From the IMG/VR virus record IMGVR_UViG_3300014205_000001, positions 189,413 to 253,412 of that record: 64,000 bases of DNA. The stretch is one strand, 5' to 3'. Under the pieces are notes generated by a model, which was given only the letters and a program-made list of their open reading frames with translations, ran no database searches and was not told where the DNA came from. Position 1 is the stretch's first letter, and the number at the start of each line of letters is the position of its first letter. This stretch comes from a virus. Lineage: Duplodnaviria; Heunggongvirae; Uroviricota; Caudoviricetes. This document shows, piece after piece, positions 38,803-46,943 of the stretch. The translations under genes and the position numbers were made by a program.

Positions 38803-39474
38803 GAGTGTAAGATAAATTTTTTATTTACATAAATAATGTTTATATTTATAGTTCTAAACAATTACTATGAACAGTTACATTATTATACTAAATTCTTATT
38901 CGTTTTCAGTTAATTGCAACAACGATCAAGAAGCAATGAAGTTAGCAGATTCAGTCGAAAAAATTTGCGATAAAAATATTATTGCGGATGAACCTTTAGA
39001 AGTATTGAATATATCAAATAGTACACGATTTGATGGTGCTGTTGATAAATTTGTAAAATTTAATTCAATTGTTTTGGAAGAAACAGAAAATGAATTAGAT
39101 ATTGTTATTAGTTTACCGATTTTTCCTGCTACTGATTTTGACAGTGATGATCAATACAAAAATATTATCCTTAAACATTCTCCTAAAGAACATAAACCAC
39201 AAAATAAAGGCCGCTATTCTAAATATTTAAAATAAATCAATATGAAACAAGTAATTAAAGTAATTGGAAAGGACCTGTACGTATACAAAGAACGTAATAC
39301 TGTACGTTTAGGTAGTTTGGAAAAAGCTACATTGTATAACACTAAAGGCAGTGCATCAATTGCACTTAAATCAAACAATTGTAAATTTTGGTTAAATCAT
39401 ATTTATCAACTTTTATTACAAGATATGGAAGTTAGGTCAGTTACAATCTTATTAAATACAAAATAAATAAAAAT

Positions 39475-40104
39475 ATGGCAATCATCAAATACCTTCAAAA
39501 ATATCCTTGGGCAAAGGAAATCATCAAATTACATTTTGATAAAAATGTCGCAGTGGTAGCACCTTATCACAATTTCAATCATACAATGGTAGTTACAGAA
39601 AATGTAATTCATGCAGCACACTACTATGACAAACCTGAACAGGATTTAGTATGTGCAGCATTGTGGCACGATTTTAATCATACTCAAGGAAGACAAGTTG
39701 ACAAAATCAATGTGCAATATGCAAAGGATGAATTTTTGATTTGGTGGAAATCAACTAAAAACAAATATGTTGAAATTAATCCCATCAATGTATTAAAAAT
39801 TATTGATGCAACGCAATATAATGGCATGGAACAAGGTTATGAAATTCCAGCCGCTGATTTAACGTTGGAACAAAAAATTATTCGTGATGCTGATTTACTT
39901 CAGTATCTTGAAAAAAATCGTATCAGTCAAGTTTATTTAGGATTAAGTTTTGAAATGAATGTATCTTTAATTGAATTACTTCAAAACGCACCTAAATTCA
40001 TTAATAGTATTATTCCCAACACTGATTGGATGAAAAGACAATGGGAAGACGGTAAACAAGAAATTTTGGAAGAATTTAAAATTTTAATTGACACGTTAAA
40101 ATAA
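39475..40104 (+). CDS. HD-domain phosphohydrolase
   Basis: PYHNFNH, AALWHD, IIRDADL. Confidence 0.85.
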   Translation: MAIIKYLQKYPWAKEIIKLHFDKNVAVVAPYHNFNHTMVVTENVIHAAHYYDKPEQDLVCAALWHDFNHTQGRQVDKINVQYAKDEFLIWWKSTKNKYVEINPINVLKIIDATQYNGMEQGYEIPAADLTLEQKIIRDADLLQYLEKNRISQVYLGLSFEMNVSLIELLQNAPKFINSIIPNTDWMKRQWEDGKQEILEEFKILIDTLK

Positions 40105-40673
40105 TGAAACAATTAAAATTTGCAGGTATCGGTTCACGTAAAGCAGTTAAAACAAAAAGTGTTGAACCATTAATGCGACAATGTGTTGATCATTTAAATG
40201 CTTTTGATGCAATCTGTCGTTCAGGTGGTGCGGAAGGACCGGATGAATGGTGTGAAACGACTTCAACCAATGCAGAACGTTTTTTACCATTTGCGCAATT
40301 TCGTATTAAGGAAATAAAACATACTCCTTACATACGTACTATTAATACATGGCAATTACCTAAAACAATTCAACAAAAAGCTATGCAAATGGCAGTTGAA
40401 GTTGCACCACATATTCAATATCAAAGTTATGGTGTGCAAATTATGCATGGTCGAAATCCATTTCAAATTTTTGGTGAATATTTATCTGACCCAGTTGATT
40501 TTGTACTGTGCTGGACTAAATTTGGAAAAGTTGAAGGTGGAACAGCAACTGCGATAAATATTGCTCTTAAACACAGCATTCCAGTGTTTAATTTAGGTGC
40601 TGTAGGTGGTTTAGAAGCTTTTAAATTATACATGAAAAAATACACAGATGAATTTCATAACTCCTCTATTTAA
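40104..40673 (+). CDS. SLOG/DprA-like Rossmann-fold nucleotide-binding protein
   Basis: FAGIGSR, RSGGAEGPD, GGTATA, IPVFNL. Confidence 0.75.
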   Translation: MKQLKFAGIGSRKAVKTKSVEPLMRQCVDHLNAFDAICRSGGAEGPDEWCETTSTNAERFLPFAQFRIKEIKHTPYIRTINTWQLPKTIQQKAMQMAVEVAPHIQYQSYGVQIMHGRNPFQIFGEYLSDPVDFVLCWTKFGKVEGGTATAINIALKHSIPVFNLGAVGGLEAFKLYMKKYTDEFHNSSI

Positions 40674-41182
40674 TGTTCGTTATTGTGGTTCAAGTTTTGA
40701 TGGCAGAACCAATGCGTGGGAATTTACTTCTAAATGTTGTAATAAAATTTTCAAACCAATAACTACTATGTTACGTTTTCAAACTGTAGAATGTCCGAAA
40801 TGTGGTAAATGTGAAACAATTGATTATAACAACAGTCAAGCAGTCGAACCTATTATCCGTACTGTTAAAGGAACAAATTTAAAAGTTAGATTATGAACTT
40901 TAAAAAATTTTATATTAATGGTGATTTTCGTTTGTTAGGTTCACGTAACTTGTATGGACGTTGGAATACGTTAATGTATTATATTCACATTCATGTTAAT
41001 TTTATTCTGGCTGTATACTATATGAAGACTAAAAAGTCATTCTATCACGGTCGTATAGCAATTAGATTACGTAAAGCGATCCGTGAAGAAAAGAGATACG
41101 TATATCCATTCAAATAATTTCAATTTTACTTCTTTATTCTTATAATTGTTCCATACATTGGGACATTTTTAGTTTATAAACA

Positions 41183-41728
41183 TTGTTCCGAAATAATGAT
41201 ATAAATAAAATGAAAGAAAAAAGAATACTGACGTTCTTCGATTGTGATGGAACATTGATACATACAACTTTACCTGAAATTGGTAAACCATTATGGGAAC
41301 AACATCACGGAAAACCTTATCCGCATAAAGGATGGTGGGGTCGTGAAGAAAGTTTGGACATGAATGTGTTTCCTAATGAAACAAATCCTGAAGTTTATGC
41401 AGATTATAAATGGATGAAAAAACATCCCATGTATATTACATTTGTATTAACGTCGCGCGAACCTAAATTACAGACACATTTAGAAAAAATATTTGCGAAA
41501 CACGAAATTGAAGTGGAACGTGTAATGTGTAAAAAAGGCAATTACACAAAAGGTGAACGTATTGATCAAACGATAAAAGAATTTTCGGAGAAATTTGACA
41601 TTGTAGAAGTGATTCTGTACGACGATCGTAATAAGGAACATGCAACAGTTGAACCTTACAGACATATTTGGAAGAATAAAGGCATTGAATTGACTTTAAT
41701 TAAAATTGAAAGCGACGCAAAGGATTAA
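41183..41728 (+). CDS. HAD-family phosphatase (RNA-repair 'Swiss army knife' type)
   Basis: FFDCDGTL, WWGREESL, VLTSR, LYDDR. Confidence 0.75.
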   Translation: MFRNNDINKMKEKRILTFFDCDGTLIHTTLPEIGKPLWEQHHGKPYPHKGWWGREESLDMNVFPNETNPEVYADYKWMKKHPMYITFVLTSREPKLQTHLEKIFAKHEIEVERVMCKKGNYTKGERIDQTIKEFSEKFDIVEVILYDDRNKEHATVEPYRHIWKNKGIELTLIKIESDAKD

Positions 41729-42091
41729 TGTTACAAGAAACCAATAAAGCCTTAACAAGTTTAAGGGACCAAAACAAAATAGTTGCTATAAAAAAGGCAC
41801 GACGTAAATATTTTTATAAATTATATAAAAAATATTTGATTCAAGTGATATTTATTTTGCTTATTTTATGGGTATTTTTATGCCCTATTCAAGCTGGCAC
41901 GATTTTTGGTACCTGGATTCATGATTTTTTCGTTACGATATATCTTATTGTCTTTCAATCAGTTAGATAAGGCTATTTAATATAAACATTTAAGTGTTTA
42001 TAAAGTTGAGTAAAAAAATACACAAAAACATTTTCTATATAATAATACTTTACATATATTTGTAAAACATAACCCACTAAGTATATAGATT

Positions 42092-42211
42092 ATGAAATTA
42101 AGATTTTTTACAACAGCAAATTCACCTGATCAGGTGAAATCAAATAATATCTTGATTCGTAATTTCTATGGACAGATAGGCGTCGGTAATATGGCGATGG
42201 GACCCAATTAA
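42092..42211 (+). CDS. Small unlisted ORF (39 aa) upstream of the sigma gene
   Basis: MKLRFFTTANSPDQVKSNNILIRNFYGQIGVGNMAMGPN, directly after the promoter-like box CATATATTTGTA (42053-42064). Confidence 0.35.
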   Translation: MKLRFFTTANSPDQVKSNNILIRNFYGQIGVGNMAMGPN

Positions 42212-42474
42212 CAAACCTTTTATACAATGAAGTGAAGTAGCACTATGCTACTGATCAAAACTGATGTGTCATGTTTAATGATTTAATAAATTTCAAGTGT
42301 ATAAAAAAAAAGTAATAATTTTTAAAAGTGTAGCATTTAAAATTATAAATGAAAATAGTAAAACAAAATAAATACAAAATAAATACTTAAAAATATTTTA
42401 TAAAGTAAAAAACATTATATAATTTTGCATTCAACACAATAATAAAGTAAATAGAAACTAAACTCACACACTAT

Positions 42475-43479
42475 ATGAAACTTAATTTAACTAAACACAC
42501 AAATGGAGCATCACACGCCCTTTCATTAGGAATGTATTTATCCGAAATTTCAAGAAAAGACATCAAACCTCTTACCGCTCCACAGGAATTGGAATTATTC
42601 CAAGAGTATGGTCAAATAAAAGAAACAAATTTGGTGCGAGCATTAGAAATTCGCAATAAAATCATTTCTTCCAATTTACGATTTGTAATTACAATTGCAA
42701 AACAGTTTGAATATCCTAAAGCTAAACTTGAAGATTTAGTATCTGAGGGTAATATTGGTTTATTTCGTGCATTTGATAAATTTGACCCTAAATTAGGTTA
42801 CAGATTTTTAACGTTTGCGAACTCATATATCAATTTAAATATCCGTGATTATTTACACACTACAATTGCGGATATTGTTCAACCTGCAAATCGTCAACGT
42901 GTTGACAGATTGATGAATAAAGCTGAAAATCTTTTACGTAAAAAAGGTGTACATAATCCTACAGATGAACAATTGCTTGAAGTATATGATAAAATTAAAG
43001 ACCCAACTGATTTAAATTTAGATTTGGCGACATATCAGCAAATGAAACGTGATAAAAAGGATTTCAATTCAATGTCACAAACAATTGGTCATCAAGGTGA
43101 CGGTGAAATGACTTTAGGAGATACATTTCGTAGCAATGCCGATTACGATGCCGATTATGAAATTAAAAAGGAAGAATCCAAACAAGAAATCAACAAAATG
43201 TTAGAAGTTGTATTGAAGAATCCTTTGGAAAAATTAATCGTTGAGTATAAATTGGGTTTAAATGGTAGAGAAGAAAAAACTTTGGAGCAAATTGCCGATT
43301 TAATCGACCGTCAACCTAAATATACCAGAGCACGTGTAGGTCAGCTTTACGAACAAGCAATCGATAAACTTAAGGACCATAAACAAGTTCGTAATAAGGT
43401 TAGAGAAAACTGTGGTTCTGCATCTGATGCATCCCAACTTGTTAATAACAACAGTACAGAATCACCTGTAACAGCATAA
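42475..43479 (+). CDS. Sigma-70 family RNA polymerase sigma factor (group 1/2-like)
   Basis: PLTAPQELEL (1.2), NLRFVITIAKQF...EDLVSEGNIGLFRAFDKFDPKLGYRFLTFA (2.1-2.4), EKTLEQIA...TRARVGQL (4.2). Confidence 0.92.
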   Translation: MKLNLTKHTNGASHALSLGMYLSEISRKDIKPLTAPQELELFQEYGQIKETNLVRALEIRNKIISSNLRFVITIAKQFEYPKAKLEDLVSEGNIGLFRAFDKFDPKLGYRFLTFANSYINLNIRDYLHTTIADIVQPANRQRVDRLMNKAENLLRKKGVHNPTDEQLLEVYDKIKDPTDLNLDLATYQQMKRDKKDFNSMSQTIGHQGDGEMTLGDTFRSNADYDADYEIKKEESKQEINKMLEVVLKNPLEKLIVEYKLGLNGREEKTLEQIADLIDRQPKYTRARVGQLYEQAIDKLKDHKQVRNKVRENCGSASDASQLVNNNSTESPVTA

Positions 43480-43501
43480 TATTTCACACAAAGCAGGTGA
43501 A

Positions 43502-43531
43502 AGGCTCAGGATAACTATCCTGGGCTTTTTT
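43502..43531 (+). terminator. Intrinsic terminator after the sigma gene
   Basis: GCTCAGGAT-AACT-ATCCTGGGC-TTTTTT. Confidence 0.85.
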
Positions 43532-43572
43532 CATTTTACATAGTAAAGGTATATAATTGTATAGAACTTTCT

Positions 43573-44049
43573 ATGACATATACGTACTCTGACTTTTACC
43601 CGTACATACCCGATTTAAAAAATTACATTCGAAGCAAAATCAAAACAGATCATTGGAAGGATGTTCTGCAGGATACGATGTTGTATCTATTTATGAAATT
43701 CGATTCGTTAATAATTACCAATCTGAAAGGATTGTTATTAAATGCTGCACGATTTTTTGTTAATCAATATTATCGAGGTACTAAAATTAAATTTGATGAT
43801 ATTGATTTGTGTTATAACATATCTGATCGTGATCGTCATGTATTTAAAATAGATCATTGGAATGCAAATGAGATTGATGATATTTTATTACGTAATTTAC
43901 GAACAATCAAAAAGAATTTATACGAACCTTTTGATATGCAATTAAACGGCAAAACAATTAAGGAAATCAGTGATAAATTAAATATCAATGAAAATACAGT
44001 AAAAACAAGAATTAAACGTGCAAAGGAATATTTAAAACAAAATTTATGA
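43573..44049 (+). CDS. ECF-type sigma factor
   Basis: DVLQDTMLYL (region 2) and GKTIKEISDKLNINENTVKTRIKRAK (region 4 HTH). Confidence 0.85.
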   Translation: MTYTYSDFYPYIPDLKNYIRSKIKTDHWKDVLQDTMLYLFMKFDSLIITNLKGLLLNAARFFVNQYYRGTKIKFDDIDLCYNISDRDRHVFKIDHWNANEIDDILLRNLRTIKKNLYEPFDMQLNGKTIKEISDKLNINENTVKTRIKRAKEYLKQNL

Positions 44050-44486
44050 GTAAAGACTATAGTGGATTAGCACTTCGTATGAAAAATTACGAAGCAATAA
44101 ACAGGAATTTTTTAATGCCTAACATGAACAACGTGTTACGGTTAGACGGTCGTGCGTTTCATACCTATACGAAGAAATTCAAACGCCCTTTTGATGATGA
44201 ATTGATAAATGCTATGGATGCAGCTGCAATTTATTTATGTAGTAACATTCAAGGTGTGAAATTTGGTTACGTACAAAGTGACGAAATCAGCATCTGTTTT
44301 ACTGATTATGATAATTATGAAAGTACATTGTGGTACGATGGTAATATTCAGAAAATTGTTTCAGTATCAGCTTCTATGTGTGCAGCTAAATTTAATCATG
44401 TAAGAACACAACAAATTGTTAAGAAATTAATTGATACAGATTCAGATACAAACGATAGTACATTTATTCAAACAGCTTTCGGATAA
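44046..44486 (+). pseudogene. Thg1-like (tRNA-His guanylyltransferase/3'-5' polymerase), C-terminally truncated
   Basis: RMKNYE, RLDGRAFHTYT, GYVQSDEIS, QKIVSVSAS; stops at 146 aa where the conserved FDxR...WRQ half should begin. Confidence 0.75.
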
Positions 44487-44510
44487 ATTAATTTTTATCC
44501 GGGATTTTTA
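44478..44510 (+). terminator. Terminator-like hairpin overlapping the Thg1 stop codon, upstream of the plus-strand tRNA array
   Basis: TTCGGATAAA-TTAATT-TTTATCCGGG-A-TTTTTT. Confidence 0.65.
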
Positions 44511-44527
44511 TTTAGATAAATAAATTA

Positions 44528-44600
44528 CGAGATGTAGCGAAGTTGGTATCGCGCCTGGTTTGGGACCAGGAGATCGCAGGTTCGAGTCCTGTCATCTCGA
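44528..44600 (+). tRNA. tRNA-Pro(UGG)
   Basis: CGAGATG/CATCTCG, CCTGG-TT TGG GA-CCAGG, TTCGAGT. Confidence 0.95.
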
Positions 44601-44612
44601 CAAACATTAAAT

Positions 44613-44699
44613 GCTCCTGTCGGCTAGCGGTCTATGCCACAACACTTTCAATGTTGAAGATCAGAAATGGTCTCGCGGGTTCGAATCCCGTCTGGAGTA
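44613..44699 (+). tRNA. tRNA-Glu(UUC) with a long variable arm
   Basis: CAACA-CT TTC AA-TGTTG; variable hairpin AGATCA-GAAA-TGGTCT; GCGGG-TTCGAAT-CCCGT. Confidence 0.85.
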
Positions 44700-44724
44700 C
44701 AAGTTCTTTAAAATAAAAATATAC

Positions 44725-44799
44725 ACCGGCGTGGTCCAGCCTGGAGTGGATGCCGCACTGTCACTGCGGAGATCGCGGGTTCAAATCCCGTCGCTGGTG
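44725..44799 (+). tRNA. tRNA-Asp(GUC)
   Basis: ACCGGCG/CGCTGGT, CCGCA-CT GTC AC-TGCGG, TTCAAAT, G73. Confidence 0.93.
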
Positions 44800-44805
44800 C
44801 AATAT

Positions 44806-44896
44806 AGTCGCTTAGTTTAGAGAGTAGCAAAATGCTACATGGTTTGAATACTTCCATTTCGGGAAGAGGTTGTGGGTTCGACTCCCATCGCGACTG
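44806..44896 (+). ncRNA. tRNA-like RNA with a hairpin inserted in the D-loop and a 6-nt anticodon loop
   Basis: AGTCGC/GCGACT acceptor, GTAGC-AAAAT-GCTAC insert, CTTCC-ATTTCG-GGAAG, GTGGG-TTCGACT-CCCAT. Confidence 0.65.
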
Positions 44897-44908
44897 CTAA
44901 AATAAATA

Positions 44909-44981
44909 CCGTGGGTGGAGTATGATGGTTGTATAACCCGTTGTCTGCGGGATGGAGGGGTTCGATTCCCACATTCACGGC
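44909..44981 (+). ncRNA. Degenerate tRNA-like sequence (GUC-like loop)
   Basis: CCGTGGG/TTCACGG acceptor, CCCG-TTGTCTG-CGGG, GGG-TTCGATT-CCC; D- and T-stems poorly paired. Confidence 0.5.
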
Positions 44982-45250
44982 TGTTAATAAAAAGTAAAAA
45001 TAAAAACGATGACTAAATTAGTTTATGATCACAAAGCGTTACCGTTCATATTGGAAGCTTTAGGATTTAAAAAGAAAAAAGGTTTAGTTGTAGATGCTAC
45101 AACTGATGAAAGACCTAACGGTAAAAAAATAAAAGCAAATAAAATAATTGCAATTCAAAAAGATAAAGAAACAGGGCAACCTAAATTTTATACAAATGAA
45201 GCACAATTAGTAGGAGATGTATTAAGAGATAAATTTGGACCTTTTCTATA

Positions 45251-45478
45251 ATGATTTATCTTTGTGATAACAAACGACATTTAATTTGTCAGCCATATAG
45301 TATTGAAAACTTACATTTAATGGCACAACAATTACAAATTAATAGATGTTGGTATCACACAGGAAAGTTTCCACATTACGATATACCCAAAAGAAGAATT
45401 GAAGAAATAACAAACAAATGCAAAATAATAAGTAGTCAAGAACTACTAAAAATTATACAAAATGAAAACAACAGTTAA
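45251..45478 (+). CDS. DUF4031-like small protein
   Basis: LHLMAQQL.I.RCWY...PHYDIPK. Confidence 0.6.
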   Translation: MIYLCDNKRHLICQPYSIENLHLMAQQLQINRCWYHTGKFPHYDIPKRRIEEITNKCKIISSQELLKIIQNENNS

Positions 45479-45515
45479 CACATATTATTGGTATTATTAT
45501 AAGCTCTTTAAATGA
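45462..45515 (+). CDS. Putative attenuator leader peptide MKTTVNTYYWYYYKLFK
   Basis: Translated by hand; five TAT codons in YYWYYY. TGATAAGG at the stop codon duplicates the 3' arm of the downstream terminator. Confidence 0.82.
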   Translation: MKTTVNTYYWYYYKLFK

Positions 45516-45538
45516 TAAGGAATAGCATTGTTATGTAC

Positions 45539-45568
45539 AAAGCCCTTATCGTTGATAAGGGCTTTTTT
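45539..45568 (+). terminator. Attenuator terminator upstream of two tRNA-Tyr genes
   Basis: AGCCCTTATC-GTT-GATAAGGGCT followed by TTTTT; tRNA-Tyr starts 11 nt later. Confidence 0.88.
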
Positions 45569-45578
45569 ATTTTATAAG

Positions 45579-45660
45579 GGTCAGTATGCAAGTGGCTAAA
45601 GCAGAATGTCTGTAAAACATTTCCGTTTACGGTTCGTAGGTTCGAATCCTACCTGGCCCA
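45579..45660 (+). tRNA. tRNA-Tyr(GUA) copy 1
   Basis: GGGTCAG/CTGGCCC, AATGT-CT GTA AA-ACATT, variable arm CCGT-TT-ACGG, TTCGAAT. Confidence 0.93.
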
Positions 45661-45672
45661 CTTAAATTTAAT

Positions 45673-45754
45673 GGGATATTATACCGTAGAAGTAGCGGGA
45701 CCGCCTGTAAAGCGGTTGTCTTCGACTCGGGTGGTGCAACTCCATCATATCCCA
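45673..45754 (+). tRNA. tRNA-Tyr(GUA) copy 2 (divergent body)
   Basis: GGGATAT/ATATCCC, ACCGC-CT GTA AA-GCGGT, variable arm GTC-TTCG-AC, T-loop TGCAACT. Confidence 0.88.
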
Positions 45755-45755
45755 C

Positions 45756-45959
45756 ATGAAATATATAGAAATGAATAAGAACATATCAATACAGAAGACA
45801 AATAATTATTTTATTGTCACGATACATTTTTTACACGATATACAAACTTTTGCATATTCAGAAGAAGATATAGATGTTGCAGTGGAAGAAGCAATTTTAT
45901 GTTTCATTCAAGCAAGTAAAAAATTTGGTAAAGGATTAGTAAAAGAATTAAACGGATAA
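45756..45959 (+). CDS. Small protein with a weak HicB-like N-terminal fold
   Basis: YFIVTI...IQTFAYSEEDIDVAVEEAILCF resembles the HicB beta-beta-alpha core. Confidence 0.35.
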   Translation: MKYIEMNKNISIQKTNNYFIVTIHFLHDIQTFAYSEEDIDVAVEEAILCFIQASKKFGKGLVKELNG

Positions 45960-45965
45960 CAATAA

Positions 45966-46080
45966 GGGGCGATTAAAAGTGGTAAAAAAGTAAATTGGTA
46001 GAAATTTACTGACAGCAAAACAAAAATTTAAACAAACTGTAAATTTGCAAAGAGGCAGTGTTCGAATCCTGCTCGCCCCA
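45966..46080 (+). ncRNA. 115-nt tRNA-like RNA (perfect acceptor stem and T-arm, A-rich expanded core)
   Basis: GGGGCGA/TCGCCCC-A, GCAG(T)G-TTCGAAT-CCTGC, internal hairpin AGTAAATT-GGTAGA-AATTTACT. Confidence 0.6.
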
Positions 46081-46460
46081 CAATTTTCTAAAGATGCTAA
46101 TAATGCATATAATTGTAATATGCTTTTAGAAGGTGTCGATAATAACCACAACAAACCTGGGATAAATCTCAAAAAATATAATGTAGACAATTTAACTGAT
46201 TTTGATCTTACTTATAAACGAATTGAAGATAACACAACAATGTCCTGGTATTACGAAGTCTGTCTTAATAATAAATTAATTGGTAATATTAAATGTATAA
46301 ACGATTCAAATTATTCAAGTCGTTGTACAAAAGTACGTTTTACATTTACATCAGAAGCCAACAATTATTGTATTTATGGAGATTCAGGTGAAACTTTGGA
46401 TGACTTGAAAGAAAAATTAAATTTACAGATAAAGAATCCAATTAAATTTATAATGAAATT

Positions 46461-46943
46461 TTGGGAAAACAAATAAAAATGATTGATTTAAAAAAGGTAC
46501 AACAAAAAATCGTTTTAGAAACTGATTTACAATTTGACAGAAAAGAAGATGAGGATGCTTTAACAGCTTTTATTGAAGTTGTTTTTAATGGTCACAAAAT
46601 AGGTGCAATTAGACATACTGTTCGTGCCAGAGTAAGTAATGGACAAATTAATGGATATGATTATTTTTATAATTATTTCAGTTACAATCAAGTTATAAAA
46701 GTAACTTGGGAGTATCGTGATTTGCCTTCAATTAAAGATCAGATTAAAGAAGAAATTGAAAAATATATTGAAAATACATATCTCTTATTTAATTTACCCA
46801 AACCTGAAGTTAAAATTGACGAAGAAACTTTATTTGATAATTCTGAAGAAGAATTACGAAAATTAACTGAAGCTGAGTATGAATTAACTAAAGATAAGTT
46901 AGAAGTACAGAGAAAAATAATTGATAAAATTATAAAATCATAA
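46461..46943 (+). CDS. Hypothetical protein
   Basis: 160-aa ORF with a coiled-coil C-terminus. Confidence 0.5.
   Translation: MGKQIKMIDLKKVQQKIVLETDLQFDRKEDEDALTAFIEVVFNGHKIGAIRHTVRARVSNGQINGYDYFYNYFSYNQVIKVTWEYRDLPSIKDQIKEEIEKYIENTYLLFNLPKPEVKIDEETLFDNSEEELRKLTEAEYELTKDKLEVQRKIIDKIIKS

Noticed and set aside
42092-42211. 39-codon ORF upstream of the sigma gene as a leader peptide
   Set aside because: No codon run and no terminator/antiterminator pair between it and the sigma gene.
44611-44820. Listed 69-aa plus-strand ORF
   Set aside because: Coincides with tRNA-Glu and tRNA-Asp; spurious.
45966-46080. tmRNA
   Set aside because: Too short, no G3-U70 alanine determinant, no tag reading frame or pseudoknots.
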